DNA of 64,000 nucleotides, taken from NCBI GenBank assembly GCA_041391485.1, contig JAWKNY010000023.1, positions 49 to 64,048 on the forward strand. The letters are read 5' to 3'. Of the stretch, positions 46,352-57,048 are shown piece by piece. How positions within the stretch are numbered: the first letter of the stretch is position 1; each line of letters opens with the position of its first letter. The stretch comes from Bdellovibrionota bacterium (lineage in GTDB: Bacteria > Bdellovibrionota > FAC87 > UBA2466 > JACKAF01). Under the pieces are notes generated by a model. That model was not told where the DNA came from. It saw only the letters and a list, made by a program, of their open reading frames with translations, and did not search any database. A program made the translations under genes and the position numbers.

Positions 46352-46765
46352 TCAGCCAAACTCATTTGAAACCGTTATTTCGAAAGTATGCGGTCGCAGA
46401 TCGCGGCAGTAACGATCCGTGTGATCCAAGATTTCCATCTGCGCGGGAACGTGCTGATCCGTAAAAGCTTGGGTTTGTGCCTCGAAAGCGAGTACACGCC
46501 GACTGCCGCAGCCGATGGGCTGAATATCGGCGATTTCAAAACGCTGATTCAAGACAATGGGCGGGCAAGGAGCGACGATACACTTGACCGGCACCTCTTC
46601 GCTCAAGATCAAGGGAGACGAAAGCGTAAGTTCCTTGTGAAGGTGTTCGTTGACGGCGACGCCGTCTACCAGCTCTACCAATTCCACCCGTGGTGTGGAA
46701 ATCGCTAGCGTCGTGTGACTAAGCAAAAGCAAGCAGAGCAGAAAAAAATAAGACCGGCGATGCAT
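46352..46765 (-). CDS. small secreted protein, unknown function
   Basis: The internal ATG at 46765 gives MHRRSYFFLLCLLLLSHTTLA (signal peptide). About 137 aa with 5 Cys in the mature part. Confidence 0.45.
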   Translation of the reverse strand: MHRRSYFFLLCLLLLSHTTLAISTPRVELVELVDGVAVNEHLHKELTLSSPLILSEEVPVKCIVAPCPPIVLNQRFEIADIQPIGCGSRRVLAFEAQTQAFTDQHVPAQMEILDHTDRYCRDLRPHTFEITVSNEFG

Positions 46766-46942
46766 GTTCAAACTCCAACCCATGTTGCGCAAGCTGTGGC
46801 GCGTTTCGCGTAAAGAGTTTGCAAACAGAATGCCAAGAGAGATGCGGCTTTTTGTGCCTGGACTCGGAGAAAAGGCGTGTTCCAATTTGGGACCGGTGCC
46901 AGCTACTGGTGGCAAGCTGTGGCAGAACGCGTTATAGGCGTA

Positions 46943-47816
46943 TCAGAAAAACCAACTGAAGAGGCGCGTCCAGACGAACTTCAGGAACTGGAAGATCTGA
47001 ATGTAGGACCAGTAAGCGTTGCAGTAGCCGGGAGAATCGGCGAGGTGGCAGGCTTCAAACAGGTTCAAATCAAAGTCTTCGCTCGCATCGCGCAGGAATA
47101 AAAGGTTGTCGCTTCGGTTCAAGTTCCCATATTGCGACAGCACGTATTGGTCGCTTCCAAGCACCGGCGTGGGCGACGCCGATGATTTCGAGTCCGGAGG
47201 CGGTTTCACGCAGCATCGGTCCGCCAGAATCCCCAAAGAGCTACCTGCCCGGTTCGCCGGGCCGAGCAAGGAGCGGCCGCCCGCCGTGACGTTGAGAGGG
47301 TGACGATCTCAATGTAGTCCGTCACCCGGTAAACCTGGTTCGTGCCGGTACGCTTGATCCCCGCGCCTAGGCGGGTTTCCAAGCTATTGCAGCCGTACCC
47401 CACCAGACGAATCTTTTCCAGAGCGGCGGGTGACCCCCCTAAGGGGATAATCTGGCCCGCTTCCGCGCTGGCGACCGCGTCCGGAAATAGAGGAGAGAGA
47501 TGTCATTGGGATCCCGATGGTGCCGGTTCCGTAGTTCATTACGGTGTCTGTCTGAAAAGTCCCAAAAGCGGAGAGAACGGTGTAAGGTACCGTCTCTGTC
47601 GGTGCAGTGCGCGGCCGTCAGCACGGCGCGTTCCGAGATAAAGGTGCCGGTGCAAAGGCCGAGCCCGCCGGGGGAAACGACTTTTACGATGGCCGGGTAT
47701 TCGGAAGTGATTTCTACCTTTTGTTGGACGGGGGATTCCAGGAGGTCCATGTCGTTGAGGCCTGAGCAGCCCGTGAGAAGTAGAACGCCCGCGAATGTAA
47801 GCGCGCGAAAACGCAC
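46943..47816 (-). pseudogene. trypsin-like (S1) serine protease lipoprotein, multiply frameshifted
   Basis: MRFRALTFAGVLLLTGCSG (lipobox) and LCTGTFISERAVLTAAHC (His motif) are in the first ORF. Later parts (..GYGCNS.., the region around the expected GDSGGP) are spread over other frames. Confidence 0.6.
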
Positions 47817-48125
47817 GACAACCCCCTTTGGCTCATTGTGTCAGGTGTTTGTGGGGCGGGGATGACGCAATCGTGCGAAAGGTCACACAATGTTTGGGGG
47901 TTGCCAGAGGGGTCGACCTTTTGCCAATCTGCTAAGGGGGGAAAGCATGGGGGCAATTATCCTTTCAGTGGTTATTCTTTGGTTTATTGCGGGGTCTTTT
48001 TTTGCGGCAGAAGCGCTCGGCGAATAATGCGCTTTCACGACCATCTCTAACAACTTAGCGGTATAATAAATAGGTTCCGTTCTTTTTACCGCGTTAAGTC
48101 AAATCAACTCCATTCGAGGCAAATC

Positions 48126-49088
48126 ATGATCGCATCACAAGCTATGTCTGCACCCGTGCCTTTGAGCCAAGAGGCTACAGGGCTGTGGGAGATAGTTCCC
48201 TGCAACCTTTGCGGGTCCCGAGACGTCACCACCAAGTACGAAGGCACCACCGATCAAGAGGCTGCCGCGCTGATAGAATCGTATTCCGCCTCTGGAAATT
48301 TTATTTCTGAAGAGACGCTAGTCCGGTGCAATAGCTGTGATTTGGTATTTACGTCGCCTCGTCTTCGCAAGGATCTCATTTTACGTGGGTACACGGAAAA
48401 CGAAGATCCGACCTACGTTTCGCAAGCCGAAGGACGTTTGCGAAGTTTTGCGGCCTGTCTCAAAAAAATCGAACCCTTCCAGAAAGTCGGTTCGGTTTTG
48501 GACGTGGGTGCCGCGGCAGGTTTTTTTCTTAAGGTCGCCAAAGACAAAGGCTGGGTGACCTATGGCATTGAGCCCTCAAAGTTTTTGAGCGACTTCGGGA
48601 ATCGAAATTACAATGTGAACATTTATAACGGAACCATCGAAGACGAACCCAAGTGGAACACCGCGATGGATGTCGTGACTCTGTGGGATGTGCTGGAGCA
48701 CACTTTCGATCCCAAAGATGTTCTCAAGCGCTGCAACCGCTACCTGAAAGAAGGCGGTTACATTGTCGTGAACTACCCGAACATCGGAAATTGGATGGCT
48801 AAACTTGCGGGCCGTAAATGGTGGTTCATTATCTCGGTTCATCTCTATTATTTCACTCCCAAAACGATTGATAAGCTTTTAAGGCAGGCGGGTTTCAAAG
48901 TTGTGGAGACTGGACCCCACTTTCAAACGCTTCAGTTCGGCTACCTTTTATACCGACTGGAAGCTTACATGCCGGGCATTGCCAAGTTTTTTGGGAAAGT
49001 CGCCAAGCTTCTTAAGCTGGACGGATTGCTCCTTCCCTACTACGCCGCGCAAACTCGCGTCATCGCCAAGAAGGTGGAAAACCTATGA
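48126..49088 (+). CDS. class I SAM-dependent methyltransferase with an N-terminal Cys4 zinc-ribbon-like segment
   Basis: CNLCGS...CNSCDL (Cys pairs), then VLDVGAAAGFFL (motif I) and DVVTLWDVLEH. Confidence 0.7.
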   Translation: MIASQAMSAPVPLSQEATGLWEIVPCNLCGSRDVTTKYEGTTDQEAAALIESYSASGNFISEETLVRCNSCDLVFTSPRLRKDLILRGYTENEDPTYVSQAEGRLRSFAACLKKIEPFQKVGSVLDVGAAAGFFLKVAKDKGWVTYGIEPSKFLSDFGNRNYNVNIYNGTIEDEPKWNTAMDVVTLWDVLEHTFDPKDVLKRCNRYLKEGGYIVVNYPNIGNWMAKLAGRKWWFIISVHLYYFTPKTIDKLLRQAGFKVVETGPHFQTLQFGYLLYRLEAYMPGIAKFFGKVAKLLKLDGLLLPYYAAQTRVIAKKVENL

Positions 49089-50497
49089 AAAAGAAGAACG
49101 CCGTTGTTTTGGGTGCGGGAGTGACGGGTCTGTCGGCTGCGTATCGATTAAGCAAAGATCCGAGCTTGAAGGTTCACGTCATAGAAAAACGTGGTGCGGT
49201 TGGCGGCCTTTGCGGAAGCTTCAAAGACGGTGACTTTGTCCTAGATTATGGCCCGCACAAGTTTTATACGCTGCTCGACGGTATTGTAGACGAGCTAAAA
49301 GATCTAATGGGCGATGAGCTGATGGAAAGAGATAAGGCTCAAAGCATCTACATGCACGGGCGGTACTATACCTACCCTTTGAAGATGACCGAAATGCTGA
49401 CCCGCTTTCCCCTGTCGGAAAGCTTCAAGATCATTTAGCTACGGTACCCAGCTTCTCAAAATTTTGTCACCAACAAAGATGCGGTGACTTACGAGGAGTT
49501 TATCAAAGAAAGATTTGGCTCCGGGCTCTACCAGAGCATTTTCGCGCCGATGGCGGAGAAGATTTATGGAGATCCCTCAAAGTTGGATCGAAAGCTTGCC
49601 GAAGTACGCATCTCCTCACCCGGCTTGCTGTCGGTGGTGAAACAGCTATTGTTTCGCTCGAAGATCGACAAGACAATTCAAGCGCCGAAGTTTCACTACC
49701 CTCAGATGGGCTATGGGCGCATCCCGGAGAAAATGAAAGAAATAGCGGAAAAAAATGGCGCGAGCTTTCACCTAGGATCTGAGGTGAGCCGCGTGGAGAT
49801 CCAGAACGGCAAGGTGGCCGCAGTCCAGTTTACCGATGCGGACGGGATCAAGCAGCGAGTTGTCTGTGATGGATTGATCTACACTATCCCGATCGCGCAG
49901 ATCGGTAAGCTGATGCCGGACTATTCACCGCGGTTGGAATCGGTTTGCGATAGGTGAAGTCCCGAAACGTCATCATTTACTATTTCCTTTTTGAAATCCG
50001 AGCCCATTCTACCGTCGATGTGGGTGTTCTTCCCAGAGCAGGAGTTTAGATTTGGTCGACTCGGTGAGATGACCAAGTTCTCACCCAAGACCGCACCGGA
50101 AGGGCATACAGCGCTCATGGTCGACTTCACCTGTGATCCGGAAGATCCCGTTTGGAAAATGAGCGACCAGGCGTTGGGTGATTTGCTCTTGGGGCAACTG
50201 GAGCCCTTGAATCTGTTCAAGCCCGAGCAGGTGGTGAAACGCTTCTCCAAACGTTTCCAGAGCTTTTATCCGGTCTACAGCGTCGGGTTTCAGGATCATT
50301 TGAACGAAATCCGGGGGCTGGAAGACCGCTTCAAGAATCTCTACTTCATCGGCCGCACCGGAGACTTCAACTACAACAACGCGGACCAATGCATGGACAT
50401 GGGTTTCCAGGCAGCGGATCACATTCTTGGAAACCGCGCAGGAGAGTGGAACGGTCTGCGTGCCGAGCGATTTGATCGGTACAAGATCGTCGATTAG
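49085..50497 (+). pseudogene. FAD-dependent oxidoreductase (amine/protoporphyrinogen oxidase-like fold), split into three ORFs
   Basis: Rossmann motif AVVLGAGVTGLSAAYRL..IEKRGAVGG in ORF 49085..49438. The sequence continues logically in 49484..49957 and 49991..50497 (..YFIGRTGDFNYNNADQCM..). Two frame or stop interruptions at about 49440-49480 and 49955-49990. Confidence 0.65.
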
Positions 50498-50499
50498 AA

Positions 50500-51994
50500 A
50501 TGACCCCGGGTCTAAGCAAATCCCACCAACCGGTGTGGTTTCTGGTTGGTTTAGTTTGGCTGGTGGGCTTGCTTCTGTCGTGTATTTATGAGACCAGGCA
50601 ACCGTCTACTGATGTCTTTCTGTTTAGGAAGCCGGTGTAAAACTCGCTACCGCCGGTAAGTTAGAAGCCTCAAATTTGACCCACATGGGTTTTGGCGAAA
50701 CCCGACCTACGCCTACTATCCTCCTTTTTACCCCACGCTGTTTGGACTGTGGACAAAACTTCTGGGAATCGGGCTCAAGCAATCTATTGTGTTCGATGCG
50801 CTACTCCGGTTGTTGCGAACGCTTTGTTTGGTGGCCCTGGTCTACCCGGCATGGCGTAGTCGGCTCCGCGACCCGGGCACCGTTATCGCCGCTGCAGCGT
50901 TCGTGCTCTGCCTGAGTGTGGTGTCGAGTGATGGAGATAGACCGGATGATCTAGCGGCGGTGTTCGGCCTTTCGGCGTTGTGGGCGGTGAATCGGCGCCG
51001 TTTTGTTTTAGGGACTGTTCTTTTAGGCTTCGCGGGAGCGACCTCGCCGGCCGGTGGTTTTTTCTTCGCGCTGGCTTTGAGTTTGTACCTGCTCAGGAAA
51101 CGCCAGATCGCTGAGTGGCTAGGCGTGGGAGCCGGTGCCGCACTCGTCTTTGCGCTTTGTAATCTGCCAATTTTTCTTTCCGATCCGCAAGCCTTCATCC
51201 GTTTCTCAAAGCAGGCCGGGATATCGAACTTCCCCTATCAGCTATCGGGTGTCGGGGCTTTCTTAAAGAGCTTTGGTCTTGCGCTTAAGCATTCCTGGAA
51301 CTCCGGCTGGGCTTACATCGTCTGTGCGCTCATTTTGGGAGTAGCCAGCCTTACTTACCGCAAACCGGACTCCAGTTGGATACGCGTCAGCGCCGCTCTC
51401 TATCTGCTCGCCAATGCAATTGTTTGGACTTTGCAGCCTTACTACCTGTGGTTTTCGATTCTTGGTTTTAGTATTTTTCTACTCCTTCAACACCCGAAGC
51501 GAACCGCGGTGGCCCTTCTCCCTTTGGGTTTGGCGTTTTGTCCGCTCGTGTTTCGCGAAGCGAAGGGGCAGCTATCCGCCTTTCAACGGACCCCTAAGCA
51601 ATCGAGCGCTTATGTAGCCGCAAGGGTTTTGGAACGGGTAGGAACTGATAAAAGGCTGGCAGTGGCATCGGATCAGTACTTCACCTTTCGTTCACAAAGA
51701 GAAGTGGCCAACGTCAACTACGTCTGTCCCTACATCGAGAAATTTGATTTTGTTTACGTAACGCCAAAGAGTTCTAGAAGAGATAGGCAAGAGGTGGCGC
51801 CTTTTCCGTGCAGGACCGATCGCGCGTGCTTCGAAGTGGTTGCCGATCTGACACCGGCGCCTATCTTCAAGGTGTTTGGCATCAAGACCCCGTACCTAGT
51901 CCGCGGAAACGGAGGCCTCTTGTACGAGAAAGTACCGTGCCGACCCGAATCTGGAAGGTACGCGGTTACTTTTGAGGCGATTCCTCAAAAGTAA
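50500..51994 (+). pseudogene. polytopic membrane protein (glycosyltransferase-39/ArnT-like, tentative), N-terminal part frameshifted
   Basis: ATG 50500 opens MTPGLSKSHQPVWFLVGLVWLVGLLL.. The motif-like ..PYYPPFYPTLFGLW.. is readable in another frame at about 50700-50760. The main ORF 50789..51994 is hydrophobic for 250 aa and then has a soluble tail. Confidence 0.4.
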
Positions 51995-52005
51995 CCGCGT
52001 ACCTT
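51955..52005. terminator. perfect 23-bp inverted repeat (5-nt loop) between convergent genes
   Basis: aaggtacgcggttacttttgagg (51955-51977) and cctcaaaagtaaccgcgtacctt (51983-52005) are exact complements. The hairpin covers the last codons and the stop of the + gene and lies 10 nt from the mop stop. It is followed by ttgggg on the + strand. Confidence 0.5.
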
Positions 52006-52014
52006 TTGGGGATT

Positions 52015-52227
52015 CTAGTCCTTACCAAGTAGTACGTTGACCGCCTTGGCGTACACATGCACCTTGTCGCCTACCTTGATTCCCATTTCTTCCAACGAGT
52101 CCGTGGTCATAACGGAACTCATCATGATGTCCGTCCCGTGCAGTTTTACTTTCACCGCACACATCACATCACCCTTTTTGATTTGAGTAACTTCTGCCTC
52201 GATCTTATTTCTGGCTCCAACTTTCAT
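52015..52227 (-). CDS. mop: molybdopterin-binding (Mop/TOBE) domain protein
   Basis: 70 aa; MKVGARNKIEAEVTQIKKGDVMCAVKV...GDKVHVYAKAVNVLL is the classic single TOBE/Mop domain pattern. Confidence 0.8.
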   Translation of the reverse strand: MKVGARNKIEAEVTQIKKGDVMCAVKVKLHGTDIMMSSVMTTDSLEEMGIKVGDKVHVYAKAVNVLLGKD

Positions 52228-52259
52228 GTATTCCTCCAACCTTAGGTTAGAAGAATTAT

Positions 52260-53537
52260 CTATGAAAGCGTCGCTTCAGTCCAGACCCACTCGCCTTCGC
52301 GTCCCCCAACGACGGCTTTGACAAGACGGCGGCGTTTTCCCCCTGGGAACTGAATCAGAGAAGGAAGGTAGTTTTCGGTATGTCCGGTCCATGTGCCCGG
52401 AGACGTAGGAGATTTGCGCTCAAGCAACACATCCTTAGTTTTTCCACGCTGGCTGGCCACGTATCGCTGGTATTGCTGATCGCTTAGCTCTCGCAGTATC
52501 CCGGCGCGTCGTTCAATTTCGGGAGCGGAGACTTTGCCACCCATCTTTTCCGCCGCAGTATCTCGGCGAACGGAAAAAGGGAATACGTGCAATTTTGTCC
52601 AAACCGAACGCCGCAAGCAGGTGATCGTTTGCTCGAAATCCGCTTCGGTTTCACCGGGGAATCCCACAATGATGTCGACGCCAACGTAAACATCTGGGTT
52701 GGCGGAAAAAAGTTTGTGGGTAACCGCCTCAAACTCACTGGCGCTGTAAAAGCGGCGCATCTCAGACAAAACTTTGTCGCTACCGCTTTGCAAGGCGATG
52801 TGAAAGTAAGGGCATAAACGCTTCTCGGTACGTAACATTTCGATTAGCCCGTCTGGGATCTCAAAGGGATCCAGTGTACTCAGGCGAACTCGGGGGCCGC
52901 CGGGTTCGCGAAAGATCGCCTTAAGGAGATCGAGGAGATCGGTGCGCTGGTCCCATCCGTAGTGGGCCAGGTGGATTCCGGTCAGCACCACCTCCTCAAA
53001 ACCCTGTTCACGGGCCTCGCGCACCTGCTCCAGGACCGTTTCAAGTGGCAGACTACGGCTGCGTCCGCGCGCCTGCGGAATGATACAGAAGCTGCACTTA
53101 AAGTTGCACCCGTCCTGCACCTTAATAGAGGCACGCGCTCTTCTCGAGCCAAGGAATTTTTCAGGCAGGTAGCCGGTGCTCTCTTGCACCCTGTCTTTGG
53201 ACGTGGGGTTGTTGAAATAATCAAACACCTGGTGCTTGTCAGCCGTCCCCAGCACGACATCCACGCTGGGCATTTTGAGCAGCTCATCGCGCCCCGTTTG
53301 TCCGTAGCATCCGATGACCGCTACCAAAGAATTGGGGTTCTGCCTTTTTAAACGACGGGCGTAGTTTCGCGCACTGCGATCGGCGTCTTCCGTAACGGTG
53401 CAGCTATTGAGGATGTAAGCATCGGCGAAGTCCTTGTCCGACACCACCTCAAAACCGCGACGTTCGGCCTCCAGCCACAACGTGTCTGTATCCACGCTGT
53501 TGGCGCGGCAGCCAAAGGTTTTGAATCCAATCTTCAT
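52260..53537 (-). CDS. mtaB: radical-SAM methylthiotransferase, MtaB-like (MiaB/RimO family)
   Basis: N-terminal UPF0004 Cys triad context ([10 protein letters not shown].., NSCTVT.., GCYGQ) and a radical-SAM [11 protein letters not shown] cluster. 425 aa. The start overlaps the mnmA stop. Confidence 0.8.
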   Translation of the reverse strand: MKIGFKTFGCRANSVDTDTLWLEAERRGFEVVSDKDFADAYILNSCTVTEDADRSARNYARRLKRQNPNSLVAVIGCYGQTGRDELLKMPSVDVVLGTADKHQVFDYFNNPTSKDRVQESTGYLPEKFLGSRRARASIKVQDGCNFKCSFCIIPQARGRSRSLPLETVLEQVREAREQGFEEVVLTGIHLAHYGWDQRTDLLDLLKAIFREPGGPRVRLSTLDPFEIPDGLIEMLRTEKRLCPYFHIALQSGSDKVLSEMRRFYSASEFEAVTHKLFSANPDVYVGVDIIVGFPGETEADFEQTITCLRRSVWTKLHVFPFSVRRDTAAEKMGGKVSAPEIERRAGILRELSDQQYQRYVASQRGKTKDVLLERKSPTSPGTWTGHTENYLPSLIQFPGGKRRRLVKAVVGGREGEWVWTEATLS

Positions 53538-54661
53538 TGGGCTTTTTGGAAGGATTCTTCTCTGTCTTCGATCCAGCCGCCGCCCAGAACTTGTTCATCG
53601 CGGTAGAACACCAGCGCCTGGCCGGGTGTGATCGCACGCTGGGGATCTTCAAAGTGAACTTCAGCGCGGCCATCGAGTAGCGGGTAGACCGTTACCGGAC
53701 TTTCTTTCGCGCGGTAGCGAATTTTGGCTGTAAAACGTTGGTTTTTGTCGATACCCGGATCGCTCACCCAACGGAGTTGAGCCACCGTGCACCGGTGTTG
53801 GAAGAGTGCCGCCTCGGGTCCGACGATAACTTCGTTGCGGGCCTTGTTGAGAGCCACCACGTAAAGAGGCTCCTTGGAATTTACGCCAAGTCCCTTGCGC
53901 TGGCCGATGGTGAACTGGTGCAGGCCGCTGTGGTCGCCGATGTGTTTGCCCGAGGTATCCAGGACCTGACCTTGTTGGAGCAGACTGGGTGCCACGCGTT
54001 TTTCGATAAAGTCTTTGTAGTTGCGGTTCTGCACGAAGCAAATTTCCTGGCTGTCCGGCTTGTTGGCGACTCCGAGATTCAGCTTGGTTGCGATTTCGCG
54101 GACTTCGTCTTTCGCAAAGGAGCCCACCGGGAATACTGTCCGCGCCAGGTCCTCTTGCTCCATCGTAAAGAGAAAGTACGACTGATCCTTGAGGGGATCC
54201 TTCCCTTTGCAAAGCTCGTACTGGTCGGACTTGGGGTTGAACCGCACCGTCGCGTAGTGGCCGGTGGCGAGGTAGTCCGCTCCCAGATCCAAGGCCCATT
54301 CCATCAGGTGGCGAAACTTCACCTTCTCATTGCATTTGACGCAGGGGTTGGGTGTGCGCCCCCCGAGGTATTCATGGACAAAATTGTCGATAACCTCGGA
54401 CTGAAACTTCTCTTCCATGTTGGCGACGTAGAAGGGAATGCCGAGAGTTTGGGCCACGCGGCGGGCGTCCGAGATGTCGGTAAGCGAACAGCAGGTGCCG
54501 AATTTGTTGGTGGTCTCTTCGGCCATATCGTGTAGCTGGAGGGAAATACCGATGACGTCGAACCCGCGCTGTTTTAGCCAGCCGGCGGCGACGGAACTAT
54601 CCACCCCACCGCTCATGGCGACGACTACTTTGGAACCTTTTCTGGGTTCTAGATTAATCAC
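53534..54661 (-). CDS. mnmA: tRNA 2-thiouridine(34) synthase
   Basis: PP-loop [21 protein letters not shown].., NPCVKCN and ATGHYA motifs. 375 aa. Confidence 0.9.
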   Translation of the reverse strand: MINLEPRKGSKVVVAMSGGVDSSVAAGWLKQRGFDVIGISLQLHDMAEETTNKFGTCCSLTDISDARRVAQTLGIPFYVANMEEKFQSEVIDNFVHEYLGGRTPNPCVKCNEKVKFRHLMEWALDLGADYLATGHYATVRFNPKSDQYELCKGKDPLKDQSYFLFTMEQEDLARTVFPVGSFAKDEVREIATKLNLGVANKPDSQEICFVQNRNYKDFIEKRVAPSLLQQGQVLDTSGKHIGDHSGLHQFTIGQRKGLGVNSKEPLYVVALNKARNEVIVGPEAALFQHRCTVAQLRWVSDPGIDKNQRFTAKIRYRAKESPVTVYPLLDGRAEVHFEDPQRAITPGQALVFYRDEQVLGGGWIEDREESFQKAQ

Positions 54662-54711
54662 TTAGGCACTCCTCCGAAGACTTCGGTCTATCATAGGGGG
54701 ATTTCCCCTGT

Positions 54712-55746
54712 CTATGGCTGGCGGGCACGTTCAGGGGCTCGCTGGGGAAGCGCGCGAGAAAGCGCCATGTAGTTCCCCACCAGTTCGCCGATGGCGGCGC
54801 GTGTGGCTCCATCGATGCGAAGTCCGACGCCGATCTCTTTTCCTTCCAATGAAATGCTGTAGGCGATTTGCTTGGCGGTGAGCGCCGACGCGCGCGTCAG
54901 GTGATCGGTGCGGAGCAAAAGGGCTGCGTCTTCTGGGCCCAGGGTGGCGCCGCCCGGCCTTACATTGATTAGGACACTTCGCCCCAGGGGAAACTCCTGA
55001 TCCTTGTGCCGCCGGAAAAATCCTGTCCCATCTAGCGTGGCCTGAAAAGTCTGCCCGTCAGCGCTAGGCAATTCCATCGCGCTAAACTGCCTCCCCTGAG
55101 CCAGGGAGAACCAGGTCGGCAGGTATTGCTGCATCAGGTGTGTCGGGTAGCTGCGGCCCAAAGAGGCCAGTTGGTTTCGGAGTGCCAAAAGCCACTTGTT
55201 TTGTACCTGATGGAAGGCACTTTCATGCGGCAGCACCGCGCCTTCGGTCGAGAAGAGAAGGTAAAAAACGATCATGTAGTTCCATACGGATCCCAGTCCG
55301 GAGGTGAAAAGATCGTCCGCAGAAGGCTCCAAGTTTACTTGGGGCTGAAGTTCGGGCGGGCGATTGAGTACGGAGGCCAGGTAATAGGAGGCGGTATGCG
55401 GATCGTAGGCCTTGGACAGAATATCGGCGATGGCAATGAGGAGCTGGAAATACGCGTGAGCCGGCGCAAAGCGTTTGCTGTATTCCCAGGCGACGCTAAA
55501 GGCCTCGGCGTTGAAATCCCGGATTAGGCTCGTTGGCATCATCCAGGAACGTTCGGGCTTGAGAACCCCTTCCCGTTGCATCCGTTTGAGCGCCCGTTCC
55601 CAATCGGGACTCATCTCAACCAGATCGTCTACGTCTACGTGGAGGGGGTACGCATCCGCTCCCGCATAGTCGTCGGCACAAGTCAGGCGTAGCGCAAAAC
55701 TAGGCGCAGAGAGAAGGAGAGCGAAAGAGACGACGAGCTTAACCAT
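54712..55746 (-). CDS. secreted protein of unknown function
   Basis: 344-aa uninterrupted ORF with signal peptide MVKLVVSFALLLSAPSFA. No motif recognised. Confidence 0.5.
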   Translation of the reverse strand: MVKLVVSFALLLSAPSFALRLTCADDYAGADAYPLHVDVDDLVEMSPDWERALKRMQREGVLKPERSWMMPTSLIRDFNAEAFSVAWEYSKRFAPAHAYFQLLIAIADILSKAYDPHTASYYLASVLNRPPELQPQVNLEPSADDLFTSGLGSVWNYMIVFYLLFSTEGAVLPHESAFHQVQNKWLLALRNQLASLGRSYPTHLMQQYLPTWFSLAQGRQFSAMELPSADGQTFQATLDGTGFFRRHKDQEFPLGRSVLINVRPGGATLGPEDAALLLRTDHLTRASALTAKQIAYSISLEGKEIGVGLRIDGATRAAIGELVGNYMALSRALPQRAPERARQP

Positions 55747-55806
55747 TGCGACAGAGGACTATAGGTTTTTGGCAAAAAAATAAAGCCCCGCTTTAAAGGG
55801 CTGTAC

Positions 55807-56952
55807 TTATAAGGCTTTTCTTTCCATCCGCCGCTGGCGAATGCGCGATACGTGGCGGACGAAGAGTTCGATGGAGCGGTCAATTTCCTCGTCTGTGGTG
55901 TAACGTCCCCAGCTGATGCGCATGGCCTCTTTGGCTTCGCTGGGTTCCAACCCAAGCGCGGTGAGGACATGACTGGGCGAGGCGGAGCCCGAGGAGCACG
56001 CGGATCCGCCGGACGCACAAAAGCCGTCCAGATCCAACGCCGTCAAAAGGATCTCCGATTGAATACCGTGAAACCGCAGGCACGAGGTGTTCGGCAAGCG
56101 GTCTACGGTAGCCCCATGGATCGTGAAATCAGACAGAGAATTACGAAGTCCGGCTTCAAACCGATCCCGTTGGGCGCGGATCGACTCCACATGAGATGTT
56201 TTGAGATCGGCGCACGCCGCTGCGAAACCCGCGATGCCGATCATGTTCTGAGTGCCTCCGCGGCGCTTGATTTCCTGACTCCCTCCGAATCGGGTGCATT
56301 CCAGTTTGCGGCCGCCTCGGATGGCAAGCGCCCCAACGCCTTTGGGACCGTAAATCTTGTGGGCCGAGAGTGTGATGAAATCCGCCCGATTGAATGTCTC
56401 GGAGGAAACCTTCCCGAAAGCTTGTGTCGCGTCCGTGTGGAAAAGTGTGCCGGTAGAGGCGCAGAGGTCGGCGACCTCATTCACCGGGAAGAGCACGCCC
56501 GTTTCGTTGTTGGCCGCCATCAGAGAAACCAGGTGCGGGCGAAAAGTTTCGAGTTTATTGCGGAAATCCGCTAGGTCCAGCGCGCCGTCTTTGGCCAAAG
56601 CCACCCGTTCTACTTGCGTGCCGAGCTTCTCACACAAGAGCGGAAGCGCTTTTTCCACCGACGCGTGTTCAACTTTGGAGGTGAGGAGCCGGAATTCGGA
56701 GCCGCACTGTAGGGCGCTTCCCATGAGCACCATGCCGTTGGCTTCGGAGCCGCCCGATGTGAAGACGATTTCTTTGGCTTCCACACCTGCTGCGGCCGCT
56801 ACTTTTTCACGAGACTCCTCCAAGAGCGCGTTGGCCTGCCGCCCAGCCTTGTGCGAAGAGGAAGGGTTTCCCCAACATTCAAAGGCCTTAGCCATACCTT
56901 CCTTGGCCGCCTCGCTGAGCGGGGTCGTCGCGTTATAGTCGGCATAAATCAT
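55807..56952 (-). CDS. cysteine desulfurase (NifS/IscS class V aminotransferase)
   Basis: MIYADYNATTPL.., FTSGGSEAN, the PLP-lysine context LSAHKIYGPKGVGAL and the active-site loop GGSACSSGS. Confidence 0.85.
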   Translation of the reverse strand: MIYADYNATTPLSEAAKEGMAKAFECWGNPSSSHKAGRQANALLEESREKVAAAAGVEAKEIVFTSGGSEANGMVLMGSALQCGSEFRLLTSKVEHASVEKALPLLCEKLGTQVERVALAKDGALDLADFRNKLETFRPHLVSLMAANNETGVLFPVNEVADLCASTGTLFHTDATQAFGKVSSETFNRADFITLSAHKIYGPKGVGALAIRGGRKLECTRFGGSQEIKRRGGTQNMIGIAGFAAACADLKTSHVESIRAQRDRFEAGLRNSLSDFTIHGATVDRLPNTSCLRFHGIQSEILLTALDLDGFCASGGSACSSGSASPSHVLTALGLEPSEAKEAMRISWGRYTTDEEIDRSIELFVRHVSRIRQRRMERKAL

Positions 56953-57048
56953 ATCTTAATATTTATCCTATAAATGCGGCTCCGGCCACCACCGGCTCAC
57001 TTTCCTTCGACAGGTCTTTGTGAAAGAATACGCCGAGGTTAATTCGCC

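Noticed and set aside
48062-48067. TATAAT hexamers at 48062-48067 (59 nt upstream of the methyltransferase) and at 21385-21390 as promoters.
   Set aside because: No acceptable -35 element lies at 16-19 nt spacing in either case. A single hexamer match is expected by chance, so neither is reported as a feature.
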